DNA of 61,472 nt, counting the filler, from Jimgerdemannia flammicorona (taxonomy: Eukaryota): assembly GCA_003990765.1 (NCBI GenBank). It is 3 parts of 3 records of this genome, joined end to end, with 100 filler letters (N's around TTAATTAATTAA, not from the genome) between each part and the next. Parts side by side here need not be neighbours in the genome. Positions count along the whole stretch, not along the records: positions 1 to 20,432 come from RBNJ01001687.1; 2 more parts are not named here. One strand, 5' to 3'. Under the pieces are notes generated by a model that did no database searches, was not told the origin of the DNA, and saw only the letters and a program-made list of their open reading frames with translations. Positions 1-11,086 of the stretch are shown here, piece by piece. The stretch's first letter is position 1. Each line of letters opens with the position of its first letter. Both the position numbers and the translations under genes were made by a program.

Positions 1-1177
1 TTTTTTTTAATGGATTCATGTCCTGTGGAATTTTATTAGAAGGGAACCTAGACTATATAGGCCAAAACCCTCCCCCACCACCTACCAAGCACTGCCCCCC
101 CATTAACCTAGGCTAGCTATTGTCCAGCAGCTTGACTATGCTAGGTACAGTAGGGCCTATATTGGCCCACATCTCATTCTGTACATTATGCTCTCCCTAC
201 CACTAGGGAAAACCCAACCATACACCAATAACTGAAGGCATATGCCTAAGAACCCAACATATGTACAAGGCCATGCCCAAGCTGAATAGAATAGCTCCTG
301 CCACCCCAAAGAGAATGACAGGTAAAGAAAAACCCTTATCAAAGCACAACATGGTGGGTAGGGCCTAGTTCTCCCAGTCGAGGTGAGTAAAGGACTTACA
401 TATGAGGTGGGAGGAAACCCCCAATACCCCACTACTCAAGCCTGCAGGCCTTGATCACATTGCTATGTCAGCTCTCAGTTCTAGTTGAGTGCAGCCAAGA
501 TGCCTGAAATGGGTAGCCTCAGGCCCTCTGACCCCTCCTGATGACTGGGGCCCAACCCTGCTGACTGTCAAAAGAAGCCAAGAGTGATACCTACCACCTA
601 ACTATGCCGCACCAATCAAAAGACCCCACCAAAGCAGCACCTGCCCCAGCCCTGATGACTGCCCCCAGCATAGTATCCTACTGGTTCACCATTATTGCCC
701 TTTCTCCTATCTGTGATGGCCATCTTCTCTTCCATCCTGATACCATCTGAAAAGCAGTCACCTATGCCAGAACTGCACTCACCAGGAAGCTCACCAAAGC
801 CAGGGGGCCTCACCACAGGCACTGAAGACCTACAGGTAACCTATACTGAGTACTTGATACCCAAGGTCAGCTGACTCTCTACATAGCCTGAGACATACTA
901 AGACAACACCTTATTGGTAATGGCAAAAGGAAGAAGGTGCCACACCAAAATGGGTACACTCCAGATGCAGCTGAAGGTACTAGAATCCATAAAAAAGTGG
1001 AGGAAGCACCAATCTGACACTGATAAAAGGGCAACTCATCACTATTGCTCTCCTCCCACCATGCCCCTACAGGTACAGCAAACCAACTTGAGATAGAGGG
1101 GGTAATAATAGGAGAAAGGAGACTTGGAAGGTCACCTACCAAACCTTGTGACCAGTAAGGTAGCAGAGAAAGGAGCT
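1..1177 (-). mobile_element. ~1.17-kb non-coding polyA-tailed retroposon (SINE-like / non-autonomous non-LTR element), family S copy 1
   Basis: Homologous to 60305-61472 (opposite strand) and 46921-47952. On its sense strand it ends in AATAAA, ~25 nt, then an A-tail. The three copies share the same 5' boundary. No conserved long ORF. Confidence 0.7.
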
Positions 1178-1461
1178 ATATTAGTTATTAATATTATAGT
1201 GAGTTATCTATAATATTTAAAAGAATATTTATATTTATTCTATTAAAAATATTATAAAGAGAGGCATTTTTATTAAAATTGTATAGATTGTATATTTCAC
1301 ACATTACTAATAAATAATATAAAACTAATGGAATAATATAAATTACATATTGATATATCAAGTTGTCATCTCAATACTTCTGCTCAATGAGATATATAAT
1401 CAAAAAGACTACAATTTGGCAATAAAAATACAAACTAGAGTAAAAAGACAATTCAATATAT

Positions 1462-3118
1462 TGTTACATAGTGGGCACTAAGTTCTTTAAGTATGTTATA
1501 TTCTCTTCAAGATATATCTCTTAGACCAACTATAAGTTTCTTATAAGCAAATTCTATTAGAGTGCCTTTTCAAGATCTTATAGTCCTCAAACTTCTTATC
1601 CTTAAACTATTCTATTGTCTCCTGAATTTGCTTGCTTAGAATTGAGTAAAAAACTGAAACTTCTATACTTCTTGAGTAGTTGGACACTTGAATGCTTGAG
1701 TGTTTTAATACTTGACTACTGACTTTATTTCAAATGAAATAAGAGGGATATTTATACAGAATATAATTTAATGATTGCTAAGTTATAAAACTAAATATAA
1801 ATTCCAATAACCAAATAAATAAGATACTTAAACACAGAAAACTTCAGATTATAAATACAAATTCAAGTATTTATACAATTGGTTATATAAGATCAGAATA
1901 CTGAAATAAATTCTGAGTTATGCAAGATTAGAATACCAGAAGAATTCTAACAGTTATATAAAGAACTTAGAGCAGAATGTTCAAGATTCTGGAAACTTCA
2001 TCTTTATCACTGTCATTAAGAATAGAGGTTAGAGACAGGATGTCTTTAAAGAAAATGCGGTCAGTGAACATTTCATCTATTTCATATATTTTATATATAT
2101 TATATATTTCATATATTTTATATATATCAATCAGTGGAATGATATAATCACCAATAACATCATTGCCAATGATGTCATTATGTTTGGTAGCAGTAGAGAG
2201 AAGAGCAAGGAGATCAGAGGCTCTCTAATATATAAGATTCTTCTCTATAAAGTAGAGGACAAAATTGGGATCTTGAGAGAGTCTAACCTAGATACCGGGG
2301 CCTTGAAATACTGAGATTAATTCTTGTAGAAATTGATCTAGATTGTTCTGAAGAATGGAATTCCAGAACTCTTCTATCTCATCACTTCTGAGAGTAATAG
2401 TAGATTGAGCTACTGTGGCCATTATGGTCTCCAGTGTATCTGTACAGTAAGCTAACAATTTCTTAAAGTTTAAGACTCTGGTATACTTTAAGTTAGGAAT
2501 TGACTAAGATATATACCTGAAGACCTGATGACTCTTTTTGGCTACCCTCAATTTGTATACATCTATAGAAGTAATATCTTATATCTCTTGGGAACTGGTC
2601 TGAGGAAATTCCCAGTAGAGGAGTTTTTTATTTTATATTCCTGTCACATTTAGAGGTATTCAGTAGCAATAGTGATTCTTGTTTCCATTTCACAGTAGTA
2701 GAGGATAAAGTGATAAGGGTCATTAGTACTCAGATTGAGGCTAGGAGTTCTTCTAGTGCAGGTCCTTATGGCTCTCCTGATATCTTGGAATATTCTTTCT
2801 TGAACTGAGAAGCCTTGGTGGTTCCTGGACCTTGAGATTTGGTGGGTGACAGGCATTTTATTTATAGTGAGTCTTTGAACTATTTTGGGATTTTGTAAGT
2901 CTTATTTGAGTTTCTACTACTGTGGTTCCTTAGCCCTTTTTTTATATTCTTTGAGATATCTATCTTATAGTCATGATGACTCATAGTTGGTCATTATTGC
3001 TCATCTTATAGTCTACGTGAGTTATACTATATAATCTTTTTGTACTCTGATCTGGTGGCTTGTAAGGAAATACTGTCTTCTATGATAATATTACTATTCT
3101 GAGATCACTATTATAATA
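1462..3118 (-). mobile_element. Solo LTR, family C (~1.65 kb), containing an internal accessory ORF
   Basis: Reverse-complement homolog of 55333-56929. Termini are TGTTA...(TAACA decayed to TAATA). No gag-pol adjacent; TSD unclear. Confidence 0.65.
1967..2856 (-). pseudogene. Decayed LTR-encoded accessory ORF of family C
   Basis: MPVTHQISRSRNHQGFSVQERIFQDIRRAIR... is colinear with the ORF at 55578-56420 and broken by stops. Confidence 0.7.
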
Positions 3119-3349
3119 TATAAAAACTAGAACTATATATAATCCAAAGAACTATTATAAAATCTCATATCTAAGGAATTTTTATTAGTAGAAAAATATT
3201 TCAAAATATCTATAATATCTGAAATATCTATATAATCTACTTATAAATAAGCAATGTAACCAACATAGATATAAGATATATATGTATTATGTAATATAGT
3301 AAGGAAGGCTTTTTATAGTATAAAAAGTATTATATAATTAATCAAATAT

Positions 3350-5125
3350 TGGTATATTACTTATAAGACTCATTCCTTTAACACATTGTTCAAACTTTAG
3401 TCTTAAAAGGGCTTTTATAAGTAAATTGATAATTATATACTCTGTGGGGATATATACTAAGTATATAGTACTATTTTCTATATATTCTTATACAAAATAA
3501 TAGTGTATATCAATATATTTTATTTATTATAATATATTGAATTCTTAGTAAATACTATTATTGATTGATTATCTTACTTAATTAGTATAGAGTTCTTCTG
3601 AGTGAAGTTGAGCTCTTTTAATAGTTTGCAAAGCTATATGGTTTCTTTTATTACTAATGACAATTCCTGATACTCTACCTATATTAATAATATTATCATA
3701 GAACTCTGCTTATATATTTGCTATAAGATTGCAGACTCTTTATCATAAATTAGTAATTATCAAATTATCTACCTAATTCTTACTTAATCTATTATCACTA
3801 TTACTCAATATAAGCATATAGTATAATATATTCTTAAGATATCTGAATATTCTCTTAACAGTACTTTAATGTGAATTATCATAGTGGGAGAAATACTATA
3901 CTACCTTATTTATAATATATAATATATCAGATCTTGTTTCTAGTATAAGATATATAAGAGAATTAATTGCTTGCTGATAAGATATATCTTTGGTACTATT
4001 CTTGGCTAGTATATTGTTATAATTCTTGAGTATAGAGTTTGGCTTTCTTAACTTTATAGAAGTTTCTATAGAAGTATCAACAGGCTTGCATTTATTTATA
4101 TTAAAATGTTTGAGGATTATTTGAGTATATATTACTTGTAAGAGATATATAGTATATGTATTTTTATTATATATGATAGATATTCTCAAAAGGATAGATA
4201 TATCACCTATATCTATTATCTTAAACTCTTAGCATAGAGCTTCTTTGACTTTATTAAGCCTCTTCTTACTAGTAATGATAATTATTTTATTTACCCAAAT
4301 GCCAATAAATACTATACTACTATTATCATAGTATTGGATATATATATAATTATCTGCTTTATAATGGAATCTATCATTAAAGAGATGTTTATCAATCTTT
4401 TTATTCTATAATTATATTACTTATTTAATACTATATAGTTCCTTATATAATTTTTATATAAACTCACTATTTTTATAACCTTATAGTTGATGGAGGTATA
4501 GTTTAATATCTACATCACTATTTAGGAATACTATCTTTATATCAATTTGATATATTTTCAGATTATATAGCATACTAATTGCAAGGAGTATTCTAAGTAA
4601 AGTAAGCTTAAATATTAGTAAAAATGGCTCATTATAGTCTATGCTATAATTTTGCAAGTATCTCTTAATAATGAAATGAGTTTTATATCACTCTATACTT
4701 CTATTGATATTGTACTTTATTCTATAGACCTACTTAGATTCAATCATTTAACAATTTAGTAGAAGAGGTATGAGATCTCATATATTATTCTCAATGAGTG
4801 AATCATATTCCTCATCTATTATGTATTTCTATTTTTTGCTATTCAGAGATTATATTGCTTCATCATATGTATTTAGCTCACCAAATATTATAATATATAT
4901 ACATTTATATACTTCAGTATAGCTCATGTAGTCCTGTTGTTACCATTTAAGACTTGCTGATATATCCTAATAACTTCCTAAATTGAAATGAGTTTCTTGA
5001 TAAAAATTGGAGTGTTTTTGCATTTGTTTACTCTTTATGAAGGATCTCTAGTTACTGGAGATTTTGCTATTATTTTCATCTTTGATCTCTATTATTCTTG
5101 ACTTAGATAATTCTGACTTAGATAT
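3350..5125 (-). pseudogene. Heavily decayed Ty1/Copia pol remnant (RT + RNase H)
   Basis: Minus-strand translation gives QIDIKIVFLNSDVD (cf. QMDVKTAFLNGDL), YQQAINSLIYLILETRSDI (cf. YQxxVGSLMYL..TRPDI) and KYIDIHYYFV (cf. KHIDIRYHFVRE). Boundaries approximate. Confidence 0.85.
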
Positions 5126-5592
5126 TGTAATATAGTGGATGCTTACTCTTGAAAGTACATTGGATTTCTGTATCTTGAAAACTTGACTATTCTGACTCTC
5201 GCAGAGTCTCTTGAAATTGCAGGGGAGGGTGGGTGAGTTCAAAGTGTATCTGCCTGCAGGCTTACTAGTTCCTTTGCTATCTCTTTACTTTGAACTATTT
5301 TGATCTGAGGTTTATTCACTTGAAGATACTGGGTTATTTATATAAGTTTGCTAGCTATGAGATAGTTACTGGGTTATGTGGCTAAGTTATGAGTCATTTA
5401 ATACTTTGTGAAATATTTAGCCAGTTGTGAAATGCTATACTATATTAAGAAGCTCGATCTTGTACTTTGCGAAATATTTAGCAAATGGCAGAATCAAGGA
5501 CTGCTAACTATATGGCTATACTACTTTGGGACTGGGTGTAATCAAGTGTCTGTTCCCTATTTCCTTCTTCCAAATCTGGCTATACCATCACA
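5126..5592 (-). repeat. Family B 3' LTR (467 bp)
   Basis: TG...CA ends. Homologous to 23427-23893, 29663-30129 and 52936-53402. PPT (AGGAGGAAG on minus strand) adjacent at ~5595-5603. Confidence 0.95.
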
Positions 5593-5629
5593 ACTTCCTC
5601 CTGAATAGATGATCTCATCCCTGAAGTAT

Positions 5630-6091
5630 CTATTCAAACTCCCAAGCTTCAATAGTCTATATGGTCTTATATTGTGCGATTTGTTGTATTACTGTTTCCC
5701 AATGGTGTTGCCTGACTTAGTCGAAGTCTGAGGGAGTCACTCCTTACAGGTGGGCTAGTGCTGATTCATCCTCTCAGAATAGCTTATGGATTCTCTTAGC
5801 AATGGTGATCTGGGAATAGGAGAGCTGGCATTCTGCGATCCAATTTTCTTTGGTCATTTCTGGGTCTTGGTTGAGTACTTGGCCAAGTTTGAAGTACTCT
5901 TGAAATTCATTTCGATGCTGATAGGTCTTAAAGTGTGAGATTCAAGAGAGATGAGTCTGCATGATGCTTTGGATACTATCATAAGACTCCTCTATGGTCG
6001 GAGGCTCAGTGGTACACCATTGTCTCTCAATGGCTCTTTGGGCAGCACTAGTGATCTTGAGTGCTATTGCAGTACTTTTGTTACTAGCCAT
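5630..6091 (-). pseudogene. Family B accessory ORF3 (153 aa), copy 1
   Basis: ATG overlaps the last integrase codons and the TAG lies just before the PPT. Same 462-nt length as 23931-24392. Confidence 0.8.
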
Positions 6092-7152
6092 AATATTTCT
6101 TGAGTTGGTTTCAGTGAATGGTAGTAGGAATTATTGTATCTGAGGGTTTTCGTAGCCAAAAGGTGGTCCCTTTTATATCTTGCATAAGATAAGGTCCTTC
6201 CCACTTAGGCTCCAGTTTTTGTAACCATGAAGCTTCTACCATATTCCAATATATCAGGACTTTGTCTCCTATCTTGATAATCTCTAAGGGTTTGTGGGTC
6301 TTTTCCACATTTCTCTATTGTAGTGTCTGTACCTTGGTTATGTAATCCTCAGCCTTCTTTCTGATTTGGTATAGTCTCTATATTTCCATGTCCACATGTT
6401 TCCATACAGCATCTCTATTGGATGATAGGGTTCCCTGAGAATATTCTTCTCCGAACAGTATTTCTCGAGGAGTAAAGTGAGTACTTTGTGATCAGATATC
6501 CCAGAGAGCAGATAATGCTATTGGCAGATAGTGATTTCAGTTCTCATTGTTATCACAGATCTTGGTAATAATGTTCTTGAGGGTTTTGTTAGTCCTTTCT
6601 ACTTGTCTGTTTTCTTGAGGGTAATATGCCATAGTTCAAATATGCTGGATCTTATACTTCTTGTAGAGAACTTCGAAGAACTGGTTCACGAATTCTGTTC
6701 CCCTATCTGTAGTTACTTGTGTGGGGGTCTTGAACTGGCAGATAATTTCCTTGTGGAAGAAATCAGCGATTAACTGTGCATTGGCTTCCATAAGGGGTCC
6801 CACTTCTATCCATTTTGTAAAAAGGTCTATGATGACGATGATGTATCAGTTGCCAGTCAAAGTCAAGGGTAGAGGGTCAATTATATCTATTGCAATGTGG
6901 GTGAATGGTACTGGTTCTATGTATGCTGATCCTGGGGCTCAATTTCATTGGTCTTGTTTCTGTTTCTGGCATTTGTTACAGGTCTTGATGAATTGTCTGA
7001 TATCTTCCTCCATCTCTGGCCACTATATTGTTCTTCTTGCCTTATCATATGTATTCATTCCTCCTAGATAGCAAAGTTTGTGTACTGATTTCATCACTTA
7101 CTCCTTCTTATGTTCTGGTATGACTAGTAGTTTTTCTTTCTTCAGTGTTTCT

Positions 7153-7154
<2 letters not shown>

Positions 7155-7185
<31 letters not shown>

Positions 7186-7264
7186 GTCACATGGACTCCA
7201 TCCTTTATTAAGCCAATACATCTGTCTAGTTTCTATATAATACACTGTGCCCCACCCCTACCGA
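7155..7264 (-). mobile_element. Extremely 5'-truncated LINE 3' tail (polyA + ~80 nt) inserted in family B integrase
   Basis: Absent from copy 2. T28 tract, flanked by a ~17-bp TSD (TTCTTCAGTGTTTCTCC 7138-7154 / TTCTTTAGTGTTTCTCT 7265-7281). The tail TAATAAAGG..GTCCA.GT.ACTA(n) resembles the LINE end at 41054-41090. Confidence 0.85.
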
Positions 7265-8051
7265 TTCTTTAGTGTTTCTCTGTCAGTTTCAAATTGTTTC
7301 TATGTTCTGTTGATAATCATTTATGTCCATTCTTCCAGATGTTGGGGCATCTTTTGCCATCCCAGGTATGTGATAATTCTGTAGTAGAGCTCCTTATTCA
7401 TGATGATTTTGTGGAAGTGGGGTCCTTCGGGGTATCCATGAGAGGGCATTGGCATTGGTGTTGGTTCTTCCAGAGTAGTGTATAATGGTTACATCATAAG
7501 CTTGCAACTTAATTATCCATCTGGCATAGATTCCTTTGGGTTGTCTGGTTGTCAGTAGTCAGGTAAGAGCTGAGTAGTCCATTTGGATGGTGAAGTGTCT
7601 TCCAGCCAAGTAGTAGTGGAACTTTTCAATGGCCCAGATGACTGCAAGGCATTCCAACTTATAGGATTCATATTCTTTTTCAGCTCCTTGGGTTCCACAG
7701 CTAAGGTATGCGATGACATACTCCACTTTATCTTTCTTTTGAGCTAGGACTGCTCCTAGTCCTTGTGTACTTGCATCAGTCTGTATGATGAATTCTTGAG
7801 TCCAGTCAGGTCTTCTGAGGATGGATGCCTGGGTCAGTCTGACCTTGAGTTCATCAAATGCTTTTTGTTGTCTGTCAGTCCACTGGAACTTAGTATCCTT
7901 CTTGTTAAGTTCATAGATTGGTCCTACAATATTAGAAAATTCTCTAATAAATCTGCAATAATAGGAGGTGAGTCCCATGAAGGCTTGGGCTTCTGTAATA
8001 GTGGTGGGTCTTGGGTATACTGCTACTGCTTGTATCTTGAGGGGGTCCATG

Positions 8052-10124
8052 TGTAAGCGCACAACCTTCAAGCCACCAAAATTACACATCACCCTCCGAA
8101 CAAGCCACTGAAATCACACGTGAGCCCTGAACAAATCTGGAAATCACCTGCTCGATCACGAAGCTGAGTCAAACCAAAGTCACAGTGCACAAAGCTGAGT
8201 CAATACAAAGTCACAGAACACAAGATCTACACAAATGGAATCTTACCAATTAGGATCAAATGCATATATACTGAGCACCAAGATGCATCAAATCAGAGAA
8301 CTAAAACAAAACAACAACTACAACTTCCAAACACACAAACATGACTACTGAGATCTATACTCGCATCTGCACTGACATTTGGAATGCTATTGTCAACCGA
8401 GCCACACCCTCTCTGCCCCTCATGAATATCCATAGCCTAGCACCCCTCTACTTCATAGAAGCCCATTGGAATACTCTGAACATGCTTAGCAAGGCCCACC
8501 GATTCAGACAAATCTCAAGCTACTACTAGATCAGCTGCCTCCTGGAAGACATAGTCGAACACCACCATGATACAGACATTACTGAGATGTCTCAACACCA
8601 GAAGCTCATCACCCACAAACATCGAGAACTCTTCTATGAGTATAGTACCATTATTCCCTACCTCCAAGTTACCACCAGCAAAATGGTTGCTACCCTGTCC
8701 TATGGCCAAATTGATGACATGATACAAGAACTTAACCACAAGTACCTCGAGTATGTTGAAACCACAGACAGAACCTTCCCACACCCCAATGATCATATCC
8801 TGCAAATGCCCCAAGTTGGATATGCCATGAAAGACATCTATGATATAATCCACTTTGATGAAGATGAAGTAGAAGATAATGATCCCTCTGATACCGACAT
8901 GACCTCTAGCCAAGGATCCCTACCAACTTTGATCACACCACCAACCCTGCCGATGAACTTACAACAGTTCATAACCACCTATGAGACTTATTGGGACAAT
9001 GACCACTGGCATGAATATCAACCTACATTCATCCTCGATTACTTCAACTACAATGAAGAGACTGGAGAACACAATCTATACCTTCAGACAACCCTTGAGA
9101 TTGAACCAACCACTCCACCACCCAAGTACAAGTGACATGAACCACAGCCACCAGCTTACTATAACCCTGTGACTCATAGTACTGTAACCTATAGAAGATA
9201 TGCAGACAGCGAATCCGATGAAAGTGAAAATGATGCACCCCTCCTTCACCCACCAACACCTTATCCAGCATACGAGACAGATGATGCCATCCTGTGGGAT
9301 GGAGATGAAGTTCCAATGTATTATTACCTCAGTGAACAAGGAGAAGTAATCCACGAACCACTCTTCCTAGATGACTACTTTATCAGAGATGATGCAATCA
9401 ATGGTGATGTCATTGAAGACTACCCAGACAGTGCCTAAACCCATAAATAGCCTAGCAGTCATAGTATAGTTAGATTAGCCTTGTACGACATGACTGTGAA
9501 CTGACTCAGCAGTCAGATGATCTCTTGACATATCAGATCACACTTGTACTACATGACTGCATTCTGACTCAACAAGACACTTAGTGCTACATCCATATTC
9601 AGCATAGTCCAGATAGTCCCTCACTAGTATAAATACCCACTCCCCCAGACCTCAGAATCTCAGACTGGAACAGACTTGAACACACAAGAACATTCCTGAA
9701 TACTTTCCTACAATATCCCTTCACACAACTACTCCTAGTATAGCAATATCATGAATAGCGAATAAACCTATTTAATAACCCACAAACCACTCTTAAGTAA
9801 ATCCACTTCCCGTTAGGTCCCACTCCTAACCCCCTCATGAAATTTCCAAATTGGGTATTGTCTGCAGTGATATGCCAATTCAACTAAGCTGGTCTTAGTT
9901 TTCTTGAACTTCCTGAAATACAGAAATCCTGAACATCCAGAACTAGTCCGAAAAAGGACTTTGGTTGAGACATCAACCCGATCTTGAAATCAATAAGCAT
10001 AGAGGACATACTCCATATGAAATTGATCTTGACCATAAGAAAACAGTCTTCCAGAATATCCAGAACTTCCAGAAAGCCCTTCCAGAACTATGTAATGGTT
10101 ACCCTAAAAAGCAACCCTCTTACA
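8052..10124 (+). repeat. Family A 5' LTR
   Basis: Direct repeat of 16424-18497 and 57259-59322. TATAAATA at 9628-9635. Confidence 0.97.
8341..9438 (+). pseudogene. LTR(U3)-encoded accessory protein of family A, 365 aa with an acidic Pro/Tyr-rich C-terminus
   Basis: Track ORFs 8341-8529, 8587-9135 and 9169-9438 are one frame broken by two stops (TAG, TGA). Start and stop are conserved in all three LTR copies. Confidence 0.85.
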
Positions 10125-10127
10125 ACT

Positions 10128-10139
10128 TGGTAGCAGCGG
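10128..10139 (+). promoter_or_regulatory. Primer-binding site, initiator-tRNA-Met-like (TGGTAGCAGCGG)
   Basis: 3 nt after the LTR end. TGGTAGC is complementary to the conserved ...GCUACCA 3' end of tRNA-iMet. Confidence 0.7.
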
Positions 10140-11086
10140 TTTACACTCCAATTCCGCTTCAAGATGCTTCCTCACCCTACTACAAAACCTTCTGAGAATT
10201 TCTACAAGTTGGTATAAAGCCCAACCTCTGAACTGGAATTTATCATGAACCATCTAACAATCTGGAGAGAATTGAACCTGATGTACAAGAACAATTTGAC
10301 CTCTACACCTGCAACAAGTGGGATAAACTTCATTTAAAGAAAGAAGTACTCTGGTTAAACCAGCAAATAGGTGAAACCCTATTCACCAAACTCCTTGCAC
10401 TACACCCAGCAAGTCAAGATGAAGAAGGTCTTATTGAAGCCTTCTTTACTCTTCTCAACAAGAGTTTTGTCAGCTCCACAAATCCAAGCGATCTAGGACA
10501 ACCAGCAGCAGTCTTTCTAGCCTTAGTTCCTCACGAAGCCCAAGCCTCTGTAGCCAAGTGGCTCAACTCTACTGACTTTTACCATACCAGGACCAAGACT
10601 GCATTATACTACCGATTCCAGAACAGCAAGGCCTGCCATATTCTTAAAGAAGAAGCAAGAGAAATCCTTCATCAACTACCTGACCCTGAACCTGAAGCAG
10701 GCCCTGCTACAGCCCTACCTGAATCTGAAACCAATACTGAACCTGAACTTGACTTTGAATTAAGTCCATCTGAAATCAGATATACAACTGATTCTCTCTA
10801 CTTTGATGCCAAGCAAACCCAATTACAGGGAGACCAAACTGAAGAGGAGGAGGAGTATCTCACTGAATTCGATCCCGGATACACCGCAGAAGGAGATGTA
10901 CTCCCATCAGGACAGAATACACCTACACAACAACAAACAGCTATCTATCAAGCCCTTACTCCAGATCCACAACTACAACTTCAGCAACTTACACAGATCC
11001 AAAGAACCCCATCACACTCTGCACCAGTACCTCAAGTAGTACCAGTAACACCACTACTAGCAGTTCAACCACCTCCAGTAAACAAC

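Noticed and set aside
530..670. Hammerhead ribozyme suggested by CTGATGA motifs in family S
   Set aside because: I could not find a stem II closed by GAAA, and the motifs are antisense to the polyA strand.
8515..8913. 132-aa minus-strand ORF repeated at 16887 and 57721
   Set aside because: Antisense shadow of the LTR accessory ORF; it recurs only because the LTR is repeated.
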